Positions 7,784-17,411 of a stretch of 64,000 nt of DNA are shown here, one piece after another. The notes below the pieces were generated by a model. The model did no database searches and was not told the origin of the DNA. It saw only the letters and a program-made list of their open reading frames with translations. The position numbers and the translations under genes were made by a program. The stretch spans positions 32,001 through 96,000 of the IMG/VR virus record IMGVR_UViG_3300021425_004462, one strand, 5' to 3'. Every line of letters begins with the position of its first letter. The first letter of the stretch is position 1. Source of the stretch: a virus.

Positions 7784-9211
7784 TTATTTATTTTCGTGGT
7801 GTCCGCCTTTAGAGGATTTGGGCTTTTCATGGGTGTAGCCCATTTTTTTCATCTTAAGGTGATCTTCTAAAGTTTTGGCTTTATAGCCTTTTCCTGTCTT
7901 GGGGTCATACATCATATGGGGTTCAAAATCTTCTTTGGCATAATCTTTTTTCATTTTTTTAGATTGAGCTTTTTTAATTGCTTCTTTTGAAGGATAGTCT
8001 TTATCTCCTGGCTTCGCAGGTTTATAGTTTTTGCCCATTCTTTTTTTCTTTTTTTGAATGTTTTCCCAAAGTCCTGCATCAGAAGTTTTTTCTTGTTTTT
8101 TAAGAATTGCGTCTTGTAATGGCTTGGGTAATTTTTTTTGCTTTTCTGTTAGGCCCGCTTCTCCTTTTTCATATAAAGAGCTTTTCATTTTATCGTATTG
8201 CATGGCACATGTAGCATATGTTTTATCTTTATCCATTCCTGCTGTATTGACTAAATCCTTATCGTAGCTCGCACAATGATCCATGAATGGTTTTTTCATA
8301 TAATCTTCAGCGGCTTCAGAAGATTCTTGAGGCGCTTCTGACTTTTCTTCTTCTCCTTTAGTCATTTTAGTAACACTTTTTTTACTCCACATTTTACAGC
8401 TCCAATAGCGGGCTTTTGTTTTTGGCCCAGGGTTTTCGCAGTTGTGGCGAGCTCTAAAATTCTTGCGACGACCAGGGTCATCACGTTTGATTTCCATATT
8501 TGGATCACCAAAATTTACTTTAACAACATTTCCTTTTTCGTTTTTAACGTAAACAGAAAACTTTTTTGGACCTTTGGGTGTTCTAAAAGGTTTGTTTAGT
8601 TTTTTTCCTTTATTCGATTCTGCCGCCCAACTTTCTTCGCTCACATACTCTTCGAAGCCTAGCTCATCAACATCAATAAAAATTGTACTCCACATTTCAT
8701 CTGTAAACTCCGGATCTTCTTGAAGCTGGTGGTTATAAATATCTAACTTCGCTTCAATGAAATCTTCTTCTGTGAAAAAGTTTTCTTCTCGCACTCCATC
8801 ATCAATAAGAACGTTCGCAGAAGCTTTAGCAATATCTTGATCAGCTTTCCTGTAGGAGTCTTTTACTTTGCCGCCTCTCACCATTTTTAAAAATGTATTT
8901 ACTCGAGCCATGGCCCATTGACCTCTACTTTTGCCTGGTCTATGGCTGGATGAAAATGCTCCTGCCCCTCTGCGATAAACTTTCTTTAATTGTGAAAGCG
9001 TAACCTTTTTGCTGTATTTTGAATTATGTTCTTTAACTTTTGATTTGAGAGACTCTAATACTTTTTCTGAAAAGGTAATTTTTCCGCCTTTTTCTCCTGC
9101 GCTTCCTGGCTTATTTTTATCTGAGCCTTTGCGTTTTTCTGATTTTTTTGCGGGTGTTTGCGCTGAACTCTTTGGTCCAGGACGTTTAGCTGAGTGAGAT
9201 TCGTTTTCCAT
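7784..9211 (-). CDS. Modular Lys-rich phage protein (DUF5824-like and DUF6321-like modules), probable internal head protein
   Basis: LKKVYRRGAGAF..SHRPG...QWAMARVN and VNFGDPNM...RRKNFRARHNC...ARYWSC modules; preceded by the GTGTA motif. Confidence 0.65.
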   Translation of the reverse strand: MENESHSAKRPGPKSSAQTPAKKSEKRKGSDKNKPGSAGEKGGKITFSEKVLESLKSKVKEHNSKYSKKVTLSQLKKVYRRGAGAFSSSHRPGKSRGQWAMARVNTFLKMVRGGKVKDSYRKADQDIAKASANVLIDDGVREENFFTEEDFIEAKLDIYNHQLQEDPEFTDEMWSTIFIDVDELGFEEYVSEESWAAESNKGKKLNKPFRTPKGPKKFSVYVKNEKGNVVKVNFGDPNMEIKRDDPGRRKNFRARHNCENPGPKTKARYWSCKMWSKKSVTKMTKGEEEKSEAPQESSEAAEDYMKKPFMDHCASYDKDLVNTAGMDKDKTYATCAMQYDKMKSSLYEKGEAGLTEKQKKLPKPLQDAILKKQEKTSDAGLWENIQKKKKRMGKNYKPAKPGDKDYPSKEAIKKAQSKKMKKDYAKEDFEPHMMYDPKTGKGYKAKTLEDHLKMKKMGYTHEKPKSSKGGHHENK

Positions 9212-9220
9212 ATTTATTTA

Positions 9221-10177
9221 TTACACAAATTTTTCTTTATTTTCTATGTACCATGAGTATGTTTTTTTGATTCCGTCTCTGAGTGATGTTGCAGGCTTGT
9301 ATCCCATTTTTAATAATTTATTATTGTCCATTTTTTTGCGATAAGTTCCATCTGGTTTAGATGAGTCGAATAATATATCTCCTTTATAGTTAACTATATC
9401 TTGTATTATATTAGTTAATTCAAGAATAGAAACTTCATCTTCAGAGCCGCAATTAATATGAGAAATTTTTTGATCATATATGTCTTTAGCCTCGACATTT
9501 TCTAAGCAATATTTTAATGCATCAGCTAAATCATCGACGTATAAAAATTCACGCAAGGGCTTTCCTGTGCCCCATACTTCGATATTCTTTTCGTTATTTT
9601 CTTTTGCTTCGTGAACTTTTCTGATGAGAGCTGGTAGCACATGAGAGCTTTTTAAATCAAAGTTATCTCTAGGGCCATACATATTGCAAGGCATAACTGA
9701 ATAAAAATTATTTTTATATTGATCATAGAAGCTTTCGCATAATTTGATTGCTGCTATTTTTGCAATTGCATATGGTTCATTGGTTTTCTCTAACACATCG
9801 GTTAGAAGGCTATCTTCTGTGATTGGTATTTTTGCATCTCTAGGGTATATGCAAGAGCTGCCGAGATTTATAAGTTTGTGAACATTATACACATGGGAAG
9901 CGTGAATTAAATTACTTGCTATCTGCAGGTTTTGATATATAAAATCTGCACGGTAGATATTGTTTGCAAGAATTCCTCCGACTTTTGCTGCACAAATTAT
10001 GACTACATCAGGCCTTTCTTGCCCAAAGAATTTATTAACTTCTGCTTGATTGGTTAGATCTAATTCCTTTCGGGTTTTGGTTAATAAATTTTTATAACTA
10101 TTTTTAGTAAGATTATCTAGAACCGCAGACCCTACCATTCCGTTGTGCCCGGCAATGAAGATTTTTTTATTATTCAT
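9221..10177 (-). CDS. fcl: GDP-L-fucose synthase
   Basis: AGHNGMVGSA, AAKVGGI, LGSSCIYP, YAIAK, SHVLPAL, WGTGKPLREF. Confidence 0.95.
   Translation of the reverse strand: MNNKKIFIAGHNGMVGSAVLDNLTKNSYKNLLTKTRKELDLTNQAEVNKFFGQERPDVVIICAAKVGGILANNIYRADFIYQNLQIASNLIHASHVYNVHKLINLGSSCIYPRDAKIPITEDSLLTDVLEKTNEPYAIAKIAAIKLCESFYDQYKNNFYSVMPCNMYGPRDNFDLKSSHVLPALIRKVHEAKENNEKNIEVWGTGKPLREFLYVDDLADALKYCLENVEAKDIYDQKISHINCGSEDEVSILELTNIIQDIVNYKGDILFDSSKPDGTYRKKMDNNKLLKMGYKPATSLRDGIKKTYSWYIENKEKFV
9222..9226 (-). promoter_or_regulatory. GTGTA motif 10 nt before ATG 9211
   Basis: Recurrent motif. Confidence 0.7.
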
Positions 10178-11205
10178 CGACTTAATTGCATGTAGTCATT
10201 TTGATACATTTTTTTAACTAAACCTTTAAAATCAGTCTTCCTGGTCCAACCCATTTCTTTTTCTGCTAAACTGCAGTCTCCGCATAATTCATGGACTTCT
10301 GCAGGTCGATAGAATTTAGGGTTTACCTCAAAAATTAATTCACCATCTAAGGTATAGTATTTTTCATTATCCTCAGATCCAGAGGATTCAAATTGAATTC
10401 CTGCACATTTTAAAGTTTCATTTAAAAACTCTCTAACAGTGTGCATTTCGCCGCTACCTAGAACGTAATTTTTAGGTTTTTCTTGATTTAACATGAGCCA
10501 AACGCCTTCCATGAAATCTTCTGCGTCACTCCAATCTCTTTTAGCTTCTAGGTTTCCAAGTTTTAAAACAGGTATTTGCTTTTTATCTTCTATAGCTAAT
10601 TTTATTCTAGCTACTGTATGGCTAATTTTTCTTGTTACAAAATCCAATCCTCTCCTTGACCCTTCATGGTTGAACAGCCAACCTTGAACTGCATACAGGT
10701 CATAGGATTCTCTATAGACCCTGACAATATGTCTAGCTGCGCATTTTGCAGCTCCATATGGACTTTGAGGTCTAAGAGGGTGAGTTTCGTCTTGAGGGCT
10801 GCAAATTACATCTCCAAATTCCTCTGAAGATCCCGCATTGTAAAACTTACAACTTGGCGCAAACCTACGTATTGATTCTAAGATATGTAAAACTGCATCA
10901 GCGTCTGTATCCCATGTTTGAATTGGGTAGTCCCAACTTCCCGCTACAAATGACTGTGCAGCAAAATTTATAAAAAAATCTGGGTGAATATCGATAATTA
11001 CATCTCTAATACTGTGTGCATCATTTAAATCCATATTAATTAATTCAAATCTAGATTGATTTTCTAAGTGCAAAATGTTCTCGTGGTTTTTTACGCTCAA
11101 ACGGCGAGCTGTGCCGTATATTTTATAATCTGTATTTTGTAAAAGATAATCAACCATATGGCTGCCATCTTGGCCCGTTACTCCTGTTACTATAATTTTT
11201 TTCAT
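10174..11205 (-). CDS. gmd: GDP-mannose 4,6-dehydratase
   Basis: TGVTGQDG, AAQSFV, SPYGAAK, FNHE, FVTRKI, LGNLEAKRDW, YRPAEV. Confidence 0.95.
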   Translation of the reverse strand: MKKIIVTGVTGQDGSHMVDYLLQNTDYKIYGTARRLSVKNHENILHLENQSRFELINMDLNDAHSIRDVIIDIHPDFFINFAAQSFVAGSWDYPIQTWDTDADAVLHILESIRRFAPSCKFYNAGSSEEFGDVICSPQDETHPLRPQSPYGAAKCAARHIVRVYRESYDLYAVQGWLFNHEGSRRGLDFVTRKISHTVARIKLAIEDKKQIPVLKLGNLEAKRDWSDAEDFMEGVWLMLNQEKPKNYVLGSGEMHTVREFLNETLKCAGIQFESSGSEDNEKYYTLDGELIFEVNPKFYRPAEVHELCGDCSLAEKEMGWTRKTDFKGLVKKMYQNDYMQLSR

Positions 11206-11597
11206 TTTAACATTAAAATTGAATTTATTGTGTTTTCTGTCATTGGTGTTGGTAAAGAATTTTCTTGTATATTATAATACCCCCATTCGTCATGTTCAAA
11301 AAAATCTTTTGCATTTTCATCTGGAAAAATTAGATCATGCAATTCCGAGTGAAAGACTGCGAATTTATGCGTTCTGCTCATATCGTAAGACGTTAAAAAC
11401 TTTGTGTTTTCTGATTTAATAGTAATTAGAGTTTCTTCATAGACTTCTCTGATTGCAGCTAGTTTTGGGTCTTCATCTAGTTCTATCATGCCACAAGGCA
11501 TTGACCAATGCCCTGCAAAGTTATGACAAATATGGCTGCGCCGACCTAGGAGTACTAGATTATTAAAAGTTAATAATACTCCCGCTGCTTTATACAT
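11202..11597 (-). CDS. Nudix hydrolase
   Basis: Nudix box GMIELDEDPKLAAIREVYEET. Confidence 0.88.
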   Translation of the reverse strand: MYKAAGVLLTFNNLVLLGRRSHICHNFAGHWSMPCGMIELDEDPKLAAIREVYEETLITIKSENTKFLTSYDMSRTHKFAVFHSELHDLIFPDENAKDFFEHDEWGYYNIQENSLPTPMTENTINSILMLK

Positions 11598-12669
11598 CTA
11601 AAAAGTCATCTAATTTTTCTTTGTTTTGCCAGTGCGGACATCCATCGTAATTCATTTTTACTATTTCATCTCCATCTTCTAGCTCAAGCTCGTGTTTGCA
11701 ATCAATAAATGCGCTTTTTTTAATTTTACCTTCAGAATCTTTTAATACATAATATTCCATAGGTTTGCGGTATGGACAAATAAAAGCTTTTATTGGTTCT
11801 CCATTTTTATCCAAAACGGGTTGACCTCTTGACATTTTATAACCATCTTTTCCGCAAGCTAAAGGTCCTCCGAAAGTTCCATCTCTTGGAAAATCTTGTT
11901 TAGCAGCAAGGTTGCTAATTGCGGCATTTTCATCAAAATTATCAAGATACTCTTGAAATTGAGTTAATTGATACTCAAAACCTTCGAGTTCTTCAGGTGT
12001 AATTTTATCCATACGCAAATAGCCTTTTCCATAATTACCTAAGAGATCTTTATCTAGATCAAATCTCAGAAACAAAAATTCGCTTTGGGGGTCTGTTTCT
12101 GGCATGAGGTGTTTTACTGCCAGGCAATATATTAAATTCTGTAAATTATCTGTTACCTCCTTACCTTTAAAAACTGACTTGCTACTTTTAAAATCTCGAA
12201 TAACGACAGAATTGTCTTTGTATACAAAAAGTTTATCTATATATCCGCGAATTGCATACCTAATTCCTTGTTCTTCTTTATGTATTTCTAGGTCAAAAAA
12301 TTGTTCTGATTCAGCTTTTACTGGCTTTTCTTCGCTGTCGCCAAAGAAGTCGCACCTTAAGCCGTTAACTATCATTTCATCTATTAATTCAAGATTCTCT
12401 GAGTCGTTTACAGAAAGTTCTTCGGCTTCCTTTTTCACTTGCGCTGCTACAACTTCTGTATTCCAAATTGTACCTTCTTTTACTATTTTGTTGAATTCTC
12501 TTTTATGTTTGTCACCTAATAGCTCAAATACATTGTGGCAAATAGTTCCTCGACTTGATCCATCATTTCCTGAATCTGGAAGTTTTAATTTGTAGTTGCA
12601 CCAATAAGTCCAGCTACAAGTTTGTGCGGTTTTTATTCTACTTGCGGATAATTTAGTTAACTCACTCAT
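11590..12669 (-). CDS. PD-(D/E)XK nuclease (RecB/AddB/Cas4-like exonuclease)
   Basis: LSASRI...C, RGTICH, RGYIDK, IRDFKSS, Q..IY motifs; C-terminal Cys residues. Confidence 0.85.
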   Translation of the reverse strand: MSELTKLSASRIKTAQTCSWTYWCNYKLKLPDSGNDGSSRGTICHNVFELLGDKHKREFNKIVKEGTIWNTEVVAAQVKKEAEELSVNDSENLELIDEMIVNGLRCDFFGDSEEKPVKAESEQFFDLEIHKEEQGIRYAIRGYIDKLFVYKDNSVVIRDFKSSKSVFKGKEVTDNLQNLIYCLAVKHLMPETDPQSEFLFLRFDLDKDLLGNYGKGYLRMDKITPEELEGFEYQLTQFQEYLDNFDENAAISNLAAKQDFPRDGTFGGPLACGKDGYKMSRGQPVLDKNGEPIKAFICPYRKPMEYYVLKDSEGKIKKSAFIDCKHELELEDGDEIVKMNYDGCPHWQNKEKLDDFLDV

Positions 12670-13699
12670 TGGCTATAATTTTTTTATTTTTTAATAAAGT
12701 TTTAGGCAATGATTTATGTATTTGATTTATCTTTTCTAGAATAAAAGATCTTTGCTTTTCAGGATTAATGGATTGTAACTTTTCATTCCATAATTTAAAG
12801 TCTGATTCAGACATTTCTCCGAAGTCTTTTTTATTTGGTAGGCATATTGAAATTTGATTCGGGTCATAGTAATTAAGTAGTTTTAAATAATTTTTAATAC
12901 TTGCATTTAATCCACGATTTTCTGATGAATGCTGGTCGTTGTTTAAAGATATGATTATATTGGAAACATTTAAAGCTAACGTCGAGCATATAAGTTTTGA
13001 AGATATGTCTAATCCAAAAGTAACTAAAACGTTTTTATATCCATTTTCATTTAAGTTAAGCATATCACCAATACTCTCGACAAAAATCACTGATTGAGAT
13101 TCATTTATACTTTGCTTTGTTTCTTCGCTTACATATAATGGGTATATCCAACCTTTCTTCTTTCCTATATGCTTCCATTTTGGGCGACCGTCTAGATTCG
13201 ACATGTCTCTACCTGAGAAGCCATGTATTTGATTATACTCATTATAAATTGGAAAAACAAATCTTTTATTTAATTTGCCGCTAGTAGCGAATCCACCTTT
13301 TAACGATTTTAACACTTCTGTAGAAATACCTTTATCATTATAAAATTTATAATGAGGTAATAATTTTTTAAGGCAATCTTCTGGGTATATTTCTTCCATT
13401 TCTAATTTCTCCGAAAAAGTTAATCTATTATAATTTGCACCAATATCTTCTTCATCAACATATTGTTTTATTTGCTTTGGATCATTTGTACCTAATGTTA
13501 TTTCTACGAGACGTTTAAATGGAGAGAAGGCGCTGTTTTGCACATGATCTTTCCAGACCCCCGTATTCTTGTATATTTGTATTGCAGTTTTATTATCTCC
13601 GTTCCTAAAAACTGCATTAGTTTGCCAATAAGCTCCTCTATCTGAAAGTTTATAGCCTAAACTAAGAAGTGATTCTTTAAGTTTTTCTTGAGATATCAT
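12662..13699 (-). CDS. dnaG: DnaG-like primase (Toprim)
   Basis: RFVFPI...GFSGR, PKWKH, FVESIGD and KKDFGEM; adjacent to the helicase. Confidence 0.82.
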   Translation of the reverse strand: MISQEKLKESLLSLGYKLSDRGAYWQTNAVFRNGDNKTAIQIYKNTGVWKDHVQNSAFSPFKRLVEITLGTNDPKQIKQYVDEEDIGANYNRLTFSEKLEMEEIYPEDCLKKLLPHYKFYNDKGISTEVLKSLKGGFATSGKLNKRFVFPIYNEYNQIHGFSGRDMSNLDGRPKWKHIGKKKGWIYPLYVSEETKQSINESQSVIFVESIGDMLNLNENGYKNVLVTFGLDISSKLICSTLALNVSNIIISLNNDQHSSENRGLNASIKNYLKLLNYYDPNQISICLPNKKDFGEMSESDFKLWNEKLQSINPEKQRSFILEKINQIHKSLPKTLLKNKKIIANE

Positions 13700-15213
13700 T
13701 AAATATTTGGAAGTTCCTCCATAAATCCTTGTACTGCTTCAACTCCTTCGGAATCCATATGGTCAACCAAGTCTTGAAGGTCTCCACGCTCTTCAAGTGC
13801 AAAATTTTCCATATGAAGGTTGATGTAGTTTTTTCTTTTGCTTCCATCAGGCATTTCTACTGGTTGTAGTGCCCTATGAACATCTTTGCCTAGCCATCTG
13901 TATTTTAAGCAGATTAACTTATGCGTACCAAAGCCTTCAGGCTCTGATTGAATTTCGTCCATTGTTTTCTGTCGTAATAAAAACAAGTGGGAACAGAATT
14001 GCGTAATTTGATCAGAAAGGGAAACAATACTTTCATCATCGACTACATTTTCGGCGCTACGATTATTTGTAATACCGAGTCTATTACTCTGAACACTAGT
14101 TAGCATTGCAACTGTCGGGGCATCATTAAAGCATAATTCTTTTTGGATTAATTGCTTAAACTTATCAACCATTCTACCCACGGTTTCCCATGAGCTTGCT
14201 CCGTTTTGCCTTTCATATGTTGTTTTAATGTAATCGAAGCTAAAGATCATTTTATTCCCGCGACCTATTTCCGAATAATAGAATCTACGAATAATATTCA
14301 ACATACTATCGATGCTATGACCTGCGACGTTATAATAGTAGAATTTAAAGTTTTTAATCTTGTTCCATGTCTGTCTGACTTTATCAACAATCTCTTGTCC
14401 TGCCTGTCTCCACCTACCTGTTTCAAGTAAGTGCATTGGTACTCCAGATAAAGCAGAGCATTGTCTTATTATAAGTTCTTCTTTACTCATCTCTCCATTA
14501 TCAAAATGAAGTACTGGGACGTGCCCATTAATTGAAGATACTTTTGTGCAAAAGTCCATACAAAATTGCGTTTTACCTACCCCTGCCCTTGCGACTACAA
14601 CGGTTATGTTTCCTGGGCGCAATAAAGAACCATATAATTCATTTACTCTTTGATGCGGGCCCATTAAACCAAATTCATCAATAGGGTTATTGCCCCTGTC
14701 TTCGATAAAATCTTCCATTTCATCAAATAAGTTTTCTGGCTTATTTGACCCTATTTCATAAAGGTTAACTTTATCGTTATATATTTTATCTGCTTCACTG
14801 ACAATGTCGTCAAATGAAGCGCTACTAGATAATGATTTCATATTTTTAGCAACTTGTAAAGAGGAGTTATGTATCTCTCTTCGGACTGTTATTTTTTTAA
14901 GCTCTTGCGCCGCCTTTAAGACACCTTCTTTAGAGATCTGCCTTAAAGATAAGGCTTTGATATAATCTGCGATATTTATGTTATCCTCGAAGGATATATT
15001 TAAAGATTGAACTCTTTGGGTTAGAATTACTTCATCTAAAGACTCTGCTTGCTCTAGACTTTGTCTTAAAACACAAAAAATGGTTTTATTTACAATAGTG
15101 TTACTGTCAAAAAAATCTTTTTCATCTATGAAGGAGGCAATTAGAGGATAAGATTCTGGGTATTTTATTAGGCCCGCTATTAAGTGTTGTTCTAGTTCAT
15201 ATGAATATACCAT
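13699..15213 (-). CDS. dnaB: DnaB-like replicative helicase
   Basis: DnaB N-domain, Walker A ARAGVGKT, GEMS, FDYIK, QSNR and KYR motifs. Confidence 0.93.
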   Translation of the reverse strand: MVYSYELEQHLIAGLIKYPESYPLIASFIDEKDFFDSNTIVNKTIFCVLRQSLEQAESLDEVILTQRVQSLNISFEDNINIADYIKALSLRQISKEGVLKAAQELKKITVRREIHNSSLQVAKNMKSLSSSASFDDIVSEADKIYNDKVNLYEIGSNKPENLFDEMEDFIEDRGNNPIDEFGLMGPHQRVNELYGSLLRPGNITVVVARAGVGKTQFCMDFCTKVSSINGHVPVLHFDNGEMSKEELIIRQCSALSGVPMHLLETGRWRQAGQEIVDKVRQTWNKIKNFKFYYYNVAGHSIDSMLNIIRRFYYSEIGRGNKMIFSFDYIKTTYERQNGASSWETVGRMVDKFKQLIQKELCFNDAPTVAMLTSVQSNRLGITNNRSAENVVDDESIVSLSDQITQFCSHLFLLRQKTMDEIQSEPEGFGTHKLICLKYRWLGKDVHRALQPVEMPDGSKRKNYINLHMENFALEERGDLQDLVDHMDSEGVEAVQGFMEELPNI

Positions 15214-15219
15214 GTTCGT

Positions 15220-15248
15220 ATGGTATCATATATTATGAATTTAGTCAA
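15220..15248 (-). promoter_or_regulatory. sigma70-type promoter, leaderless onto dnaB
   Basis: TTGACT-N17-TACCAT-N6-ATG. Confidence 0.7.
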
Positions 15249-15526
15249 GAGATTTCTTCATCACCAAAATCATTTAGGGGATCCAAGTGTATTTCTTGTG
15301 CAGAAACTTGTTCTAAGTATTGCTCAAGGGCTTTTCGTAATCCCATTTCTATAATTGGAGAATTAGCTTTTGTAATAATTGAGGGTAAACCTTCTTGGTT
15401 TACATATGATAAAATAAATCCGCTGTCTCCACCTGTGGACCCTGAGAATTCGAAAAGTTGGGTAATAATATTTTCAGGCAAGTTAAATGGCTCCAGTTTT
15501 TCTGGGTCAATGTGTTCTTCATTCAT
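15245..15526 (-). CDS. Hypothetical acidic protein
   Basis: Fits the gene chain; GTGTA motif 10 nt upstream. Confidence 0.7.
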   Translation of the reverse strand: MNEEHIDPEKLEPFNLPENIITQLFEFSGSTGGDSGFILSYVNQEGLPSIITKANSPIIEMGLRKALEQYLEQVSAQEIHLDPLNDFGDEEIS

Positions 15527-15536
15527 AATATGTTAT

Positions 15537-15541
15537 TACAC
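15537..15541 (-). promoter_or_regulatory. GTGTA motif 10 nt before ATG 15526
   Basis: Recurrent motif. Confidence 0.7.
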
Positions 15542-15544
15542 ATA

Positions 15545-15955
15545 TTAAAGATGAACACCAAAGTTTTCGAATAGTTTTTCATTTAATTTATCTTCTTCGT
15601 ATATTTCAATTAACTGAATATCATTTAGTTCGCAAAATTTAAGTTTGTCTTGATCTCTTTTTAATTGATTAATATAATTAATCTTATTCTTTCCATGGAA
15701 GAAGGGGACGTATTTTGTATGCTGTTTTCCTTGCACTTCAACCGCAATTTTTTTATTTGCATTATAAAAATCTAAAGAAAGTTTTGTTCCTGCAACAGGA
15801 AACTCTTCAAATACAATATGGTTGCTCCAATATTCTTTAAGAAACTGTTTGGTTCTGTATTGTATTTTACTTCGACTTGGCCCATCCCAGTTAATTAAAT
15901 AATTTTTAGCCTTTTTAACAGTTCTAGTTCCTCCAAATAAAGTCTTAAAGCGCAT
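15545..15955 (-). CDS. Vsr/DUF559-like PD-(D/E)XK endonuclease
   Basis: LDFY...IAVEVQGKQH...RDQDK...C..NDIQLIEI. Confidence 0.8.
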   Translation of the reverse strand: MRFKTLFGGTRTVKKAKNYLINWDGPSRSKIQYRTKQFLKEYWSNHIVFEEFPVAGTKLSLDFYNANKKIAVEVQGKQHTKYVPFFHGKNKINYINQLKRDQDKLKFCELNDIQLIEIYEEDKLNEKLFENFGVHL

Positions 15956-17051
15956 TAGTTAAATTCTTAAAATCTTGATACAGAAAATCCGAAAGTTTTT
16001 CGTTTTCTTCTAGATAATCAATCAACCTTTGCTCTCCTTGAAATTTTTCATTTATTTCTAGCTTTTTATCAGAAAGTTCTTTAATTAAATCTTCCGAAAC
16101 AGATATCCACGCGCCTTTCTTTTCTATTAAATTAAAAAGATATAACATGTCAAGAATTTCTCTAGCTCTCCATACTGACTTACCGTCTTTTTGTCCGTAT
16201 TTAATTGGATACCTTACTGAAGATCCAGTTTTTTCATTTACACTTTTCCTGAATTTAATCTTACAGTAATGCCCTATAGGTTCACCTTTATCATCTAATT
16301 TTGTTGCGGTTGGGTTTTTAAAAATTAAATCAGAAGTATAACGCTCTTCAAATTCTAGAATAAAGTTCGCGTAGTGCTTGATTGCATTACCTCCTGCCTG
16401 CTTGACTTTTGGGCCTCCTCTAGACGCGTAGGGATTAGTTGCTACTTCAACTCTAACTTGACTAGTTAAAATCATTGTGTGACCCATTTTTGTTATAGGT
16501 AAAACCATTTTCTTTAAAAATACAGAAGTTATTAATGCTCCTCCTGCAACTTGCTCTGATTCTGCGAAAGGCTTATCAATATCATTTACTCTGCATAATG
16601 CATCAACACTATCGATTATGAACATATATTTCTTGTTGTGCTCATTATGAAAAACCAATTCTCTTATTAATTCGAAGACTTTTTCAAATACATTACAATC
16701 AAAAACGAAGAATTTTTCTGGATCTGTGTCTATTCCTGATCTTTCGATCATCTCGGGACTAAACCTTCCCTCGCTTTTGATATAAATTATCATACCTTCT
16801 TTTTTAAACATTTTTTGAAAGTTTTTAGCGAAAGCCATAGCACAGCTAGTTTTCCCCCCTTCATTTATACCTGTAAATCGATGCGCTCCACCAGGTAAAC
16901 CTCCTCCTAATGCTATATCTAGATTCAAGCTTCCGCTTGGAATTTTATATTCTTCACTTTCATGAAAATTATAATGATATTTTTGATTATCTTTGTCCGA
17001 TAAGAATTTAGATATTTGATCTGTAGTTTTAATTTCTTTAGTTTTGCTCAT
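15945..17051 (-). CDS. recA: RecA/UvsX-like recombinase
   Basis: SGSLNLDIALGGGLP, GINEGGKTS, IIDSVDAL, SQVR, GGNAIKHY, IEKKGAW. Confidence 0.9.
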   Translation of the reverse strand: MSKTKEIKTTDQISKFLSDKDNQKYHYNFHESEEYKIPSGSLNLDIALGGGLPGGAHRFTGINEGGKTSCAMAFAKNFQKMFKKEGMIIYIKSEGRFSPEMIERSGIDTDPEKFFVFDCNVFEKVFELIRELVFHNEHNKKYMFIIDSVDALCRVNDIDKPFAESEQVAGGALITSVFLKKMVLPITKMGHTMILTSQVRVEVATNPYASRGGPKVKQAGGNAIKHYANFILEFEERYTSDLIFKNPTATKLDDKGEPIGHYCKIKFRKSVNEKTGSSVRYPIKYGQKDGKSVWRAREILDMLYLFNLIEKKGAWISVSEDLIKELSDKKLEINEKFQGEQRLIDYLEENEKLSDFLYQDFKNLTNAL

Positions 17052-17376
17052 CTATAAATTGCCTGATTGTTTTTGTCTTTTTAGATACTAACTTATCTTC
17101 TCCAAATTTCTTGCCAATTTTAATATTTTCTTTTGGAGGTATTTTATAATTAAATTCTCTATATTTTTTTCTTATCTTTTTTAAGCCCATGGGACTTCTT
17201 AGCAATGCTAGAGAATTAGATTTAGGTAGCGAGACCTTTTCCCAAAATTCTATTTGAGGGAACATTTCTAATAAATCATTTAGAATTTTCATTTCCCTTG
17301 CCCAAAAAAATCTTTTTTGAGTTTTAGGCTCTTCTACTAATTTTTTTATTAGATCTTTTTTATGAGTCTGCTTCAC
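17038..17376 (-). CDS. Hypothetical basic protein
   Basis: First gene after a sigma70 promoter; overlaps the recA start. Confidence 0.7.
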   Translation of the reverse strand: MKQTHKKDLIKKLVEEPKTQKRFFWAREMKILNDLLEMFPQIEFWEKVSLPKSNSLALLRSPMGLKKIRKKYREFNYKIPPKENIKIGKKFGEDKLVSKKTKTIRQFIDEQN

Positions 17377-17382
17377 TCATAA

Positions 17383-17411
17383 ACATTAACATATATATAT
17401 TTTTTTGTCAA
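17383..17411 (-). promoter_or_regulatory. sigma70-type promoter, leaderless
   Basis: TTGACA-N17-TAATGT-N6-GTG. Confidence 0.7.

Noticed and set aside
12104-12595. 163-aa plus-strand ORF and the other short antisense ORFs in the track (e.g. 15201, 26786, 31680, 36082, 52232)
   Set aside because: Nested opposite well-supported genes, with Ser/Phe/Leu-rich shadow composition and no recognisable motifs
11590-12669. Cas4-like nuclease as evidence of CRISPR-Cas
   Set aside because: No other cas genes or array; it sits in the replication operon like ordinary phage exonucleases
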